This document shows, one piece after another, positions 26,401 to 35,521 of a stretch of DNA of 64,000 nt; within the stretch, counting starts at the first letter, position 1; every line of letters starts with the position of its first letter. The notes beneath the pieces were generated by a model that had not been told where the DNA came from, searched no databases, and saw only the letters and a list, made by a program, of their open reading frames with translations. This DNA is from a virus (taxonomy: Duplodnaviria; Caudoviricetes). Made by a program: the position numbers and the translations under genes. The stretch lies in the IMG/VR virus record IMGVR_UViG_3300025098_005131; one strand, 5' to 3'.

Positions 26401-26995
26401 GCAAACCTTCACCGTGTTCTTTAAGCATTTTAAAGTCAATACGTGGGTATCGATAGAAACCATCCTTATACGACTTCTTTACAAGGGTAAACAGATTATT
26501 AAGACCTTTTCTATTTCTTGCTGTAACAACTAAGTGATATCGACGTTTCCATTCATCCTTAAGAATATCAATCTTCTTGGACTCATCTTCATCCTCGATT
26601 ACAAGACCACCACTTTCATCATCAGCGTCAATAACAATTTTTTCTTTGCTTTTTCTTTCAGCAGCAGCAGCAGTTTTTGCATCTTTAATTGCTTGCCTGT
26701 GTGATGCATAGTCATCTGTCCATTGATCTAACGAAGGAACAAAATAAAATTCTACACCATAAATCTGTCTAAACTTTCGACCTGCTTTTTGCATTTTAAC
26801 TGCATATGAATGTGCATGTGCAAGACCGTTACCGTTACCGTGGTCTGTTAGCGCCCAAGCATCCATGCCTTGTGATTCAGAAAGAACAAAGTCTATATGA
26901 TCTGATGGGTATCCTAGTCCATCGAAAGTGCTGAACGTTGAGTGTGAATGAAGAGAAACAAATCTGTCTGGTGGTGTTATTAAATCAATAGACAA
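23420..26995 (-). CDS. dnaE: DNA polymerase III alpha subunit (family C)
   Basis: PHP FVSLHSHSTFS...ALTDHG, PARGSGGGSL, PDIDTD, KFDFLGL, GFNKSHAVAY, C-terminal OB; TTG start with SD AAAGGT; no intein. Confidence 0.97.
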   Translation of the reverse strand: MSIDLITPPDRFVSLHSHSTFSTFDGLGYPSDHIDFVLSESQGMDAWALTDHGNGNGLAHAHSYAVKMQKAGRKFRQIYGVEFYFVPSLDQWTDDYASHRQAIKDAKTAAAAERKSKEKIVIDADDESGGLVIEDEDESKKIDILKDEWKRRYHLVVTARNRKGLNNLFTLVKKSYKDGFYRYPRIDFKMLKEHGEGLHVNTACLGGIFSNRILRGVAHDKSRDEIQKDLLSLSDRFTDAVGIENFKLELQFNKLNKQHVVNDYLIEHHKLTGIPLISTADSHYPSNDKWQARELYKKLGWLGKKDGMTLPAFEDLKCELYPKNAQQMWDEFLEGYKEHDFYKGNEQLVKESIERTHDIVWNDFEDTWIDVSAKLPTISVPDKTPFKHLSDLVKNALISEGLHTNKEYVDRAKYELSDIKYLGHEAYFITMYEIFKKAETKTLFGPARGSGGGSLVNYLLGITQLDPIPYNLLWSRFLGRHRVSWPDIDTDAGDRDELINAAKELYGDDAVIPVSNFNTLKLKSLIKDIAKFYDIPFDEVNKVTGPLQDQVMQKAMDKNQEKSVFVLKHEDCMKYSPEYNEFMTTYPEVAEHVETLFMQNRAIGRHAGGVIIADADSLAESMPIVGVRGELQTPWTEGMNFRNLEDNGFLKFDFLGLTLLKDVENCIYRILKKQGNNNPTFTDARAFFDKHLNCRFVKQDDPKVWEHVYKDGKFCGIFQFTAPGARNFAKEAEPDSIEELAALTAIYRPGPLKANVHKKYVKAKRNASDIKYDHPIIEKILGPTFNYVVFQEQFMLLAQELSGFDPGEADKLRKTLVKKSLDTLHSKGSEKAIAREKFIKGAKELNDVPESVSSKLWADIENFAVYGFNKSHAVAYAIGSYYAAWLHTHHETEWLAAILQSENGNPKGMSKAISEIKSFGYEIAAIDINHSEAEWEYSDVLKAFVPPLTSLKGVGDKAVEEVFANRPYKNLNTLFYDAEGVWKHSKLNKTAFSSLAKMEAFKSLDEFKNDELDNHKQLHDLILDNYTTLKKGYWGMTKTAVKRAKKNEEEIVPIVEDLLTKYRVVSDWNRSEKIRNYFDLSNDASDDLLFPPSLIKKLNDKQIKSVFDIPQGERGIGWFTVTEVIHKTTKNGKAFMRWKCVDSDNRSGWLRVWGSVEDGVEFSTWLADVKNDAGWGMSSTLAKLKKINAFD

Positions 26996-27021
26996 ATCAT
27001 ATACCTTTCTTGTTTTTATTT

Positions 27022-27050
27022 ATTATATTTAATTAATAATTAATTTACAC
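27022..27050 (-). promoter_or_regulatory. Putative promoter GTGTAA-N17-TATAAT upstream of dnaE
   Basis: Recurring motif pair. Confidence 0.7.
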
Positions 27051-27059
27051 GAATTTAAA

Positions 27060-28253
27060 TTACTTGATTACTTCTTTACCATCGATTAGCCTAAAAGTTC
27101 TTTCTTTGTTATACTTCATGACTTTACCGTAAGACATGCGCATGCACCCAATACAACTCACTATATTATTTGGGCTTTGTCCATCTTCACTGTAACGATT
27201 AAAAAACTCAATTAGAGCTTCTAAAGATTTAAATCCTCCGCCGAGACCCCAGTAACACTCACCAGAAAGCCACATTCGAAGTCGATTAGGCATCCATCTA
27301 TTTTGAATACACAGTTTTATTTCTTTGTCAAGTAAATTAATTCCTGTGTTTCCATTCATAAACTGGTCTTTTGTAAAAACTGCGTCAAACTCGTTATCGC
27401 GGAGGTTATTGAAAGACTTTTCATCAAGTAGCTTTTTAGCTGTCACTTTTATGTCGTCAAAAAGACCAATGCTTTTTTCTCGACACTTTCTTATGCTAAT
27501 CTCTCTAAATGCTAACTGTCTAAGCAAAGGAACAGTTGGAAAGTCTTTTTCAATGTAATGAGGAGATACTGCAAGTGTAAGATACGTTATAACTCTTGCA
27601 TCTATTAATCCATGATGAAAAAACTTTGAAAGCTTAGTGCTACCTTCGCGCTCATTTCTTGTTATATGATACGTTATTAGCTTTTCTTTAAATCGTCTAT
27701 AGACGTTGACGACTTCTTGTCTTATTTCTTCAGCATTCGCTTTATTAACAATATGCACGCTGCCTATGTTTCCAAAGTCATTAACTTTTCTATAGGCACA
27801 GTAAATATCGTTATTTGAAAGTTTGTTTTTTGCCCAATAAATCCATCTGCTCTTTGCTGTCATTTTTGTGCATGAGTCTATAAAAGAGTCAGAGTCAACT
27901 TCTTCGACGTTTAAATTATTAAATACAAGTTGATTAGAAAACAAAGGTTTGTCGTAAAAGACTTTTTCAACATTTTCTTTTTTACAGAATTCTTCGATAA
28001 CACTTACAGCTGAAGGTGTCTTTATTATTTTAAGACTTAAGTCATACTTCTTTTTTATTTGGCATGCAAAGTCATCTAAGACTTTGTAGTAGTATTCATT
28101 GTTGCTCATTTCATAAAAACTTTTAAACTTTTCGCTTAAGTAATAATTTGAAACATGAACAACACACACATTACTATATGAATTTAGCGCCTTATAAAAT
28201 AAAAGGCTGTTTGTTCTAAAGCTATGATCTATAATAATTAGACACTTCGACAT
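27060..28253 (-). CDS. Photolyase/cryptochrome-family protein, divergent and C-terminally short
   Basis: STKLSKFFHHG, LLRQLAFRE, GNTG..LLD, WMPNRLRMW, EDGQSPNN. Confidence 0.8.
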   Translation of the reverse strand: MSKCLIIIDHSFRTNSLLFYKALNSYSNVCVVHVSNYYLSEKFKSFYEMSNNEYYYKVLDDFACQIKKKYDLSLKIIKTPSAVSVIEEFCKKENVEKVFYDKPLFSNQLVFNNLNVEEVDSDSFIDSCTKMTAKSRWIYWAKNKLSNNDIYCAYRKVNDFGNIGSVHIVNKANAEEIRQEVVNVYRRFKEKLITYHITRNEREGSTKLSKFFHHGLIDARVITYLTLAVSPHYIEKDFPTVPLLRQLAFREISIRKCREKSIGLFDDIKVTAKKLLDEKSFNNLRDNEFDAVFTKDQFMNGNTGINLLDKEIKLCIQNRWMPNRLRMWLSGECYWGLGGGFKSLEALIEFFNRYSEDGQSPNNIVSCIGCMRMSYGKVMKYNKERTFRLIDGKEVIK

Positions 28254-28276
28254 TTATAACCTTTCTATTTTTATTT

Positions 28277-28306
28277 ATTATATTAACATTATATTTATAT
28301 TTACAC
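28277..28306 (-). promoter_or_regulatory. Putative promoter GTGTAA-N18-TATAAT upstream of photolyase-like gene
   Basis: Recurring motif pair; the -10-to-SD stretch is nearly identical to that of dnaE. Confidence 0.7.
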
Positions 28307-28330
28307 ATAAAAGATATAATAAGGCTTATA

Positions 28331-31096
28331 ATGACAAAGTATAGTTTAAAAGAAAATTTTCTTATTAAAGAAAATAAAGGAATAGAGTTAAGAGGAAACA
28401 AGCTTTCAGTTTATCACTTAACAGGTGCAGAAAAGTTTAAAAATTACTCGTCTTATGTAAAAGATACAAAAAAGCCTTTTAAACCTAGTAAACCAAGAAA
28501 AGTCAAAGATCGTGCTAGAAACATTATTAATAGAGTTACTTATGACAAAGGCAGGAGTGGTGCAACCACGCAAAGCAAAAGTGACATAGAGTTTCAAGGA
28601 ATTACAGAACTACTATCAGACCCGTATACAGTAGGAACTGGGTTTACACCTGGCCACGGAGATATGTACGGCCCAGGATTATATACATGTTACGACTTTA
28701 ACCCTTCTATTGTTCATTTGTATGGGGATATATGTTTTAAATTTGAAGTTGACATTAGCAATTATATTATATTTTTTGAAGATCTGGCTAAACAAATTCA
28801 CGGTGATAAATGGAAGCTAGAAGACCAGATAGAAAAGTTGTTTGATGAAAAGTTTTCTTCTCTTGCAAAAGACGAATTATTTGCGAAAACAAAAGAAGAC
28901 TTAAAACAATATTGCACTCCATTAACACAACGAATAAATGGGACTAGTTATTTAGTGGACGATCCTAACAATAAAAATCTAACTTCATCTTCTGCTTTTT
29001 CTTTTACTAAATACGTCATGGGTAATTATACACCTAAGTATTTAACTTCTGTCATAGACGGTATTATATTTAGAGGTGACCATGACGGACCTGTTTGCGT
29101 TGTTTACAATCCGCAAAGAAAAGCAAAAGTTGTAGAATTAGGTAGAGTTGTAGGTAAAGAAGTAGAATGGCATTCAAACGTTGCGAGTTTTTTTCCAGAC
29201 CAAAAGCTAGCATTAGACATAGATTTTGAAACTCTAAATGATATTGCACAAGAAAACGATGTCGACGAAGAAGACTTTAAACAAGATCAGCTACAAAAAG
29301 TAGAAGGACTTTTGCCTACACTTTATTGGTGCAATGAAATCAATAAAGTTGCAGACTCTCCTGATCTAACATACGAAATGATACAGAAGGTTTATGACTT
29401 AGTTGTTAATGACAACTTAAAAATAGAAACAATGTTTATCAATCACGTTTTGTTTGCAAATACAAAAAGTAAAGTAAATAAAGCTGTTGGCACAGGTGGT
29501 AATCCATTACAAGCCTTTAAAGTTGACCAAAATAACATAGAAAATATTCACTTAGAATGTTTAAACTTAATAACTGAACTTTGTAAAAAAATAAACTATT
29601 TCACAGACAATGACGTTAATTATTATTTTCCAAGATTTTTAGATGTAATAACTTCTCCAATAAACAAGCAAAGTGTTACAAAAAAAGATTTCGAAAGGTT
29701 TATTGATATTTACATAGAAAATGCAGACAAAGTCAGCTATGGTATGTTAGTTTTTCGTAACATACAATATGGCGGCCACTTATCTGTAAATGATATGTTA
29801 TTTTCTAGAAAGTCTCTAAATAAGTTAAACAGTCTTGACAATAGTCGTTTAATGATGAACGTAGAATTGTATCAAGTTTCTCAATTAGCAAGATATCGAA
29901 GTCGCTTAGATAATCTTACTGGCCAAGATATACTTGATGTTTTAATAAAAATGCTTACTTTTTACTTTCCGACAAAAAACAAAGACTATAAAACAGCAAT
30001 TTGCAAGCTTCCTTGGGAAAGAAAATACTTTACAGAATTACCTGAAATTCAGCAGTTTCTGTTTGAAGAGCTTGATACAATTTCTTCAGCACAAATTGCA
30101 GGATCTATTGACACTATGACTCGTGGTGTTTTTACCTTATTCCAAAATGAAATAATAAGCTGTGTAAGAATTGATCTTTTAAATAAAATAATTGATATAA
30201 TTTTTGAAGACATCGATAGATTAGGCACAAAAGCTAGACAGAATGTTGAACAAAATTTATTAGACATTAGAGATGAAAACATTAAAAAACAGATTACAAA
30301 CCAGAAATACCACCAATTTGTTAATCAAAAGCTTGACACTGCAAACAATTGGAGTCCTTTAATTGATGAACTCAAGCAATCACAAACGCCTGCAGAAACC
30401 CGATTAATACTTAAAAATAATAGAAAAGTTGAAACAAAGAACAAAGAATACGCTGAAGCATTGGTTTCAGGCATAATTTCAGGTGATATTCCTCCAGATA
30501 TTAGCAATCTCCAAATGTATTTAAGATGGATTAGTTATGAAATAAAGCTACCATTTCAGACACTCATCTCTTTATGTGAAGCTTGTTTTAGTTATATTGA
30601 TATCAAACCAAACAGTAAAAAACATTTTAATGATCTTTTAATGCTTTTGTTAAGATCTTCGAAAGGTGTAGAACAATATCTTGAGACTATTGCTCTGTTA
30701 AAAACAATACCAGAAGCTCACATGAATAGTTTAGAACTAGGTAGAATACATTATACAGAAGGTGACAACGATTTATTTGAACAGGTTGCAAATAATTCTA
30801 GTCTGCTATCATTGTTTTTTAGTGGGATGAGTCAGCGGCAAGTTCTTAAAATTGCTAAGGGCATACATCGAAGCGTCAATTATGCAGTAACACTTGCACC
30901 TGGCGCCAATTTATATTTACCTGACGAAGGTATTGAAATCGTAATAGATTATATAGAAAAAATGTTTGGCAAAGGATCTATACTTAAATTAATTAGTGAG
31001 ACTAGACATCTACTTCTACAAAGACAAAACTCGCAAGATCCGCAAGAATCAAATGAGACACTAATTAAAAGATACATTTCTTTAATTCTGTCTTAA
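28331..31096 (+). CDS. Probable virion protein with N-terminal PARP-like ADP-ribosyltransferase domain
   Basis: Leader SLKE/LIKE; VYHLTG ... FTPGHGDMYGPGLYTC ... YG ... IDGIIF ... VCVVY; helical C-terminal region. Confidence 0.7.
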   Translation: MTKYSLKENFLIKENKGIELRGNKLSVYHLTGAEKFKNYSSYVKDTKKPFKPSKPRKVKDRARNIINRVTYDKGRSGATTQSKSDIEFQGITELLSDPYTVGTGFTPGHGDMYGPGLYTCYDFNPSIVHLYGDICFKFEVDISNYIIFFEDLAKQIHGDKWKLEDQIEKLFDEKFSSLAKDELFAKTKEDLKQYCTPLTQRINGTSYLVDDPNNKNLTSSSAFSFTKYVMGNYTPKYLTSVIDGIIFRGDHDGPVCVVYNPQRKAKVVELGRVVGKEVEWHSNVASFFPDQKLALDIDFETLNDIAQENDVDEEDFKQDQLQKVEGLLPTLYWCNEINKVADSPDLTYEMIQKVYDLVVNDNLKIETMFINHVLFANTKSKVNKAVGTGGNPLQAFKVDQNNIENIHLECLNLITELCKKINYFTDNDVNYYFPRFLDVITSPINKQSVTKKDFERFIDIYIENADKVSYGMLVFRNIQYGGHLSVNDMLFSRKSLNKLNSLDNSRLMMNVELYQVSQLARYRSRLDNLTGQDILDVLIKMLTFYFPTKNKDYKTAICKLPWERKYFTELPEIQQFLFEELDTISSAQIAGSIDTMTRGVFTLFQNEIISCVRIDLLNKIIDIIFEDIDRLGTKARQNVEQNLLDIRDENIKKQITNQKYHQFVNQKLDTANNWSPLIDELKQSQTPAETRLILKNNRKVETKNKEYAEALVSGIISGDIPPDISNLQMYLRWISYEIKLPFQTLISLCEACFSYIDIKPNSKKHFNDLLMLLLRSSKGVEQYLETIALLKTIPEAHMNSLELGRIHYTEGDNDLFEQVANNSSLLSLFFSGMSQRQVLKIAKGIHRSVNYAVTLAPGANLYLPDEGIEIVIDYIEKMFGKGSILKLISETRHLLLQRQNSQDPQESNETLIKRYISLILS

Positions 31097-31143
31097 AATC
31101 GAGATATGATTAAAATATTTATTAAAAACAAATAAGGTTTGAA

Positions 31144-33339
31144 ATGAAAATTAGACTACTTAAAAAATATATTAAAGAATCACTTGGAAGAGAAATTATG
31201 TCTTCTCCAAAAAGGTTGTCTTTACCAAATACAGCTGCAGACCAGCAAAGATTTTTAACAAAAATAGAAACAATAGACAAAACAAAGCTTTCTTTAGAAG
31301 AAATACTAGAAGAACTTATTGTTGCAGCTGGTCCGACTACTTATATACGATATCAAAATAAGTTTGGAGACGTAGAAGTCCCTCCGATGGAAGTTAGCCC
31401 GCAAGTTAGATTTCAAACGCCTCACGGAATATATGGTTATCCCTTAAACCAAAACAACTTACAGTCAATAATTACAAGAGGACAGCCAACTAGTGCAGGC
31501 TTTGCGACAAACTATGATTATTTCCATGTTTACAAAATTGATACGTCAAAAACAGCTAACGTAAAAAAAGATAAAGAAAGTCTAAGTGTAATACAAGGCA
31601 AATACACTAACAAGGAAAAAGTGATAGATGACATAGCTGAATGTATAAGGCTTTCTACAAGTTTAATTAAAGACAAAGAAAAAGAAGATGCTATTTTGCA
31701 AGATTATAAAGATCTAGAAAAAGACATTAAAAATCTTAAAAGTAACGTCTCATATGATAATTATTACTTCAACTCAATCTTTACAAAATATAGTCATCTA
31801 GTCGGTGAGGTTGACGAAGAAAAGATCGATGAAAAACAAAGTTTAATTAACATATATAAATTTGAAATTGCTGACGCAATATATGCGCATATGAGAAGTC
31901 ATTTTGAAAAATTTGGTTATTATAATAAAAACGTTAGCAAACAATATTCATTTTTTGTTATTTTAAAAGATGCTATAGGAAGTATATCTTCTGCTATTGC
32001 AGAGATAAATGAAACAAGCAGAGGACAGTATTATTCAATTTTATTAAAAGCAATAGGCATTACAGGCATCACAGACGATTCAACTAGCACTATTCACGGA
32101 AACGAGCCGAGTCAATCTGTTTCTTTCGACTTTTCAGGTAATACAATTACACCTATAGGAACATTTAGAAATGTTTTTAAGAAAAATATTAGCAATTTAA
32201 AAGAAACTTTCGATGTTATATTAAAAGATTTGATAGACAGTGGGTTAGTAAACTGGTCACCAAAAATAGATAGAAATATTGCAAATTATGACTATGAAAA
32301 CTTAAGTCTTAAATCGTTTAATACAGTAGTTAAAACATTAAGTAAAAATGAAGAATTATTTGATTTTATTACAGAAGTGGCAAGACAGAATGTAAACAAA
32401 AAAGTATTAAATTTTATATACAATAAATATAAAAACTTTGAATTATCATCAGGACAAAATGTTTTATATTACTTATTAGAAAATAAAAGTATTGATAAAA
32501 AAGTAATGTATGATTATTATAATCAATTTGTTAAAGGCTTGTTAAACTCTACTATGTCAAGTGGTGAAATGTATAATGAAGGCTTAGGTTGCATTTTACA
32601 ATTTGTATCTAGTCCGTCGTTACCAAAATCAATTCAGCTTGATATAGTGAGAAATTCAGAACTTGTAAATAAAGGAGAGAAAATGGTGTTTCCGGACATT
32701 TTAGGCCGACTAGAGTGGTCTCATGTTCTGGACAAAGAAACGTGCATACAAATTTTTAACAAATTTGGTTATGAAAAATCCAGTTTAACTAACAATCGTT
32801 ATGCACCAATTGCTAATTATTTAATTAATGATCTTGATGAATTTTTAGATAATGAAAATATATTAGATAAAACTACTGTTATACAGGCTCGAGCAATGAA
32901 AAGAATTAACACAATTTTTGTTAACCAAAAAATAACTAAAGATGAGTTGTTATATGTTTCTGAAAAGATAGATAAATTAATAGCTGGGAGGCATTTAAAA
33001 AATAGCACAAGTAATGAACATGGTATAGACACTTGGATAGTGTATTGCACAGTTAGTTTAATTAATAATAAAAACTTTAGCAGAGAAATTTTAGATGCAA
33101 TGAACATTACGCTAGAAGAAGAAATCAACATGCTGTCAACAGTTTTGGAATATGAGAGAGAGTCTGATGAGATGATTGAGGAAGAGGACTACGACGAAGA
33201 TGATGAACCTAAAAAGTTTGATTTAATTAAAGATGGCTTGCCTTACTTAGAGTATTATCCTGGCGGAGAAAATCTTAAGAAAAAATTACCAAGAGCATAC
33301 AATTATTTAAAGAATGCATCAAAGCATGGAATAGGCTAA
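31144..33339 (+). CDS. Probable virion protein, possible divergent ART-fold N-terminal domain
   Basis: Leader MKIRLLKKYIKES; TPHGIYGYPL ... FA ... GITGITDD ... IHGNEPSQSVSF. Confidence 0.5.
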   Translation: MKIRLLKKYIKESLGREIMSSPKRLSLPNTAADQQRFLTKIETIDKTKLSLEEILEELIVAAGPTTYIRYQNKFGDVEVPPMEVSPQVRFQTPHGIYGYPLNQNNLQSIITRGQPTSAGFATNYDYFHVYKIDTSKTANVKKDKESLSVIQGKYTNKEKVIDDIAECIRLSTSLIKDKEKEDAILQDYKDLEKDIKNLKSNVSYDNYYFNSIFTKYSHLVGEVDEEKIDEKQSLINIYKFEIADAIYAHMRSHFEKFGYYNKNVSKQYSFFVILKDAIGSISSAIAEINETSRGQYYSILLKAIGITGITDDSTSTIHGNEPSQSVSFDFSGNTITPIGTFRNVFKKNISNLKETFDVILKDLIDSGLVNWSPKIDRNIANYDYENLSLKSFNTVVKTLSKNEELFDFITEVARQNVNKKVLNFIYNKYKNFELSSGQNVLYYLLENKSIDKKVMYDYYNQFVKGLLNSTMSSGEMYNEGLGCILQFVSSPSLPKSIQLDIVRNSELVNKGEKMVFPDILGRLEWSHVLDKETCIQIFNKFGYEKSSLTNNRYAPIANYLINDLDEFLDNENILDKTTVIQARAMKRINTIFVNQKITKDELLYVSEKIDKLIAGRHLKNSTSNEHGIDTWIVYCTVSLINNKNFSREILDAMNITLEEEINMLSTVLEYERESDEMIEEEDYDEDDEPKKFDLIKDGLPYLEYYPGGENLKKKLPRAYNYLKNASKHGIG

Positions 33340-33566
33340 GCTCCAGCCTTAGCAACCCACAGCCCGTCTTGATTTTCCAAGTCAATCGTTTCTCTAGAAG
33401 TTCCATTTAGATAAACAAGCAAACCTTTTATAAAATAGTGGTCTTGAATAATCTCTACAATTAAGCAGTTATTCTTTATTTTTTTACCGTAATAAAATAT
33501 ATCAATCATATCTCCTTCTTTTAACTGTGATACAAATCGTATTTCTTCTTTATGTTTATCTGACAT
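33336..33566 (-). CDS. Small SH3/KOW-like hypothetical protein
   Basis: LKEGDMIDI ... CLIVEI pattern. Confidence 0.65.
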   Translation of the reverse strand: MSDKHKEEIRFVSQLKEGDMIDIFYYGKKIKNNCLIVEIIQDHYFIKGLLVYLNGTSRETIDLENQDGLWVAKAGA

Positions 33567-34767
33567 TTATTTTAGTCTTTCCCCATCGCAAAGTAATTTG
33601 TGCATTGCTACTCAACATTTCAGTGCATGCATAAAAAGGTGCTACATCGTAGAATTTAAATATTTTTTCTTCATCGTTGTATGTATAATCAATATTTTCT
33701 TCCAGAAGAGTCAAACCATTAAATATATTTGCTGGGTAATCTGCTAGTACTGGACCAATCTTACACATTATCTCTTCAATAATCGCGTTGAATGCACCAT
33801 TAACTTGTTGTGTATTAACAATATAGTTATAGTCAATTGAGTTTTGATTCAACACGTTACCACTGACACTTTGTAAAGCAGCAACGTTTGCATTGTCTAC
33901 ACCTAGCGTATACGTTGTTATACAAGGATTTTGAACAGTTGTTTGTCTGCAATTATCTGGATTAATACTGAAAATATTATTTTGCACAAAGTCTCGAGAA
34001 GGATCAATGCCTTCATTGGGCGATCCGTCACTAATTAGAATAATATAATAAGATTCATAATCAGTATTTCTAATTTTAGATAGAGCGCTATTTAAAGGGG
34101 AAAGAAAATTAGTTCCTCCTCCAGCGTTGTAAGTATTTAAAATAGACAATACGTTTAATTTGTGTTGCTGACCTTTTCCAATAGGAGTTTCTATTATAAC
34201 ATTGTCGTTGTAAAGAACTACTGAATAGTTTAAATTATAGTCAGCATTTACAAATTGCCTTGCAGTAGTTTTTAGCTGATTTATTCTATTTCCTTGCATA
34301 GAGCCGCTAAAGTCTAGCAAAAGTATAACAGCTGTGTCTATTAACTCAATGTCATGAACTTCTTCGTTTACCTCTAAGATGTTTTCTTTAGAGACATATC
34401 CTCTTCCTGGATCATATGTGGATGTAATTTTAAATCTTCTCTTACACAAATCTTCAGCATTACATTCGAGTCCTAAGTCTTCACAAGAAAAGTCTGGCTC
34501 TGGTGAATCAAGAATTATTGCACATTGGTTTAAAGTATTACTCGAACAAATTGTTTCAATGTCATTTGAATTTCTTATGCCTTCTCCTGCGTCAATACTA
34601 CACGTATCGAGCAGCTGTTTTTCGTAAGATATGTTTAAAGATATTCTTCCATATTGAATTACTATTAAAGAAATGCTAGCCAAGACAGCAGCTAGTAAAA
34701 CTGTTGTTAGTGCTGCAAATCCTTTACTTTGAAGACTTTTTGAGGTATATAAGATGTTTTGTTCCAT
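33556..34767 (-). CDS. TadG-like pilin-domain / von Willebrand factor A protein
   Basis: KG|FAALTTVLLAAVLASISLIVIQYGR...QLLDTCSIDAG (Tad N-terminus, prepilin-like site); DFSGS MIDAS, GGTNF, LISDGSPN; Cys-rich flanks. Confidence 0.85.
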   Translation of the reverse strand: MEQNILYTSKSLQSKGFAALTTVLLAAVLASISLIVIQYGRISLNISYEKQLLDTCSIDAGEGIRNSNDIETICSSNTLNQCAIILDSPEPDFSCEDLGLECNAEDLCKRRFKITSTYDPGRGYVSKENILEVNEEVHDIELIDTAVILLLDFSGSMQGNRINQLKTTARQFVNADYNLNYSVVLYNDNVIIETPIGKGQQHKLNVLSILNTYNAGGGTNFLSPLNSALSKIRNTDYESYYIILISDGSPNEGIDPSRDFVQNNIFSINPDNCRQTTVQNPCITTYTLGVDNANVAALQSVSGNVLNQNSIDYNYIVNTQQVNGAFNAIIEEIMCKIGPVLADYPANIFNGLTLLEENIDYTYNDEEKIFKFYDVAPFYACTEMLSSNAQITLRWGKTKINVR

Positions 34768-35494
34768 TGTAATTTTTATTTTCTATATTGTCTATATTCC
34801 AATAATGATTGCTCTGTTTAATCTGAGTATAAAACTCATGCATTAGCAAAACATCAATGTTTACACCCTGCTGTTTTAGAATGTCAGCAGCTAAGAGATT
34901 TGAATTAAACTTCCTGTCTCGACGTATTGCCTTCAACTCTACATATTTACCAGTGTCAGGATGATAAAAGTCCGGTGTGTATTGTTTGTCTCTTCCGTCA
35001 TATTGAACTGTAAATGTTTTGTGCTCATATATATATGGCTTATTTGTAGCTTCACACCACCTTGCATAGTCTGCTTCTAAAGATGATTTAAAGAAATAAT
35101 TTGAAGGTAAATCATACCTAAATCCTAGTCTGCCGTTAGAAGGTATTTCATGAAGACCACTGCTTTGTGCCTTGTTTTGACATTCCTTACCACAATACTT
35201 TGTTTCTCTGCCTTTAGGTCTTTGATATTCTATTGCACAATATTCACATTTAAGATTAACTCTTTCTTTTTTATTCTTTTTTAAATAACAAGCTCTAGAG
35301 CAATAAGTCTTTCCGCGTTTAGACTTAAATTCAATTCCACAAACTTCACATTGTTTTATTTCGTATTTGACGCTTGATTTGTTTTTGCACTCTTTAGAAC
35401 AATATTTAGATGTTTTTGCTCTTGAAGCGGGCTTCTTGTATTCTTTTTTACAACATTCACAAATTAATGTGACTTGGGTTGATGTTCTTGACAT
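34724..35494 (-). CDS. Zn-finger-repeat PD-(D/E)XK endonuclease, probable free-standing homing endonuclease
   Basis: Three CxxC...YC(S/G)xxC repeats, then SSLEADY ... YIYE ... YTPDFY ... VELK. Confidence 0.8.
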   Translation of the reverse strand: MSRTSTQVTLICECCKKEYKKPASRAKTSKYCSKECKNKSSVKYEIKQCEVCGIEFKSKRGKTYCSRACYLKKNKKERVNLKCEYCAIEYQRPKGRETKYCGKECQNKAQSSGLHEIPSNGRLGFRYDLPSNYFFKSSLEADYARWCEATNKPYIYEHKTFTVQYDGRDKQYTPDFYHPDTGKYVELKAIRRDRKFNSNLLAADILKQQGVNIDVLLMHEFYTQIKQSNHYWNIDNIENKNYNGTKHLIYLKKSSK

Positions 35495-35521
35495 ACTTAC
35501 TCCTTTTAAAATAAGTATGTC
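35490..35521 (-). promoter_or_regulatory. 10-bp perfect hairpin sequestering the endonuclease start codon, SD in loop
   Basis: mRNA sense GACATACTTA-ttttaaaaggag-TAAGTATGTC; the ATG (35494-35492) lies in the 3' arm. Confidence 0.8.
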
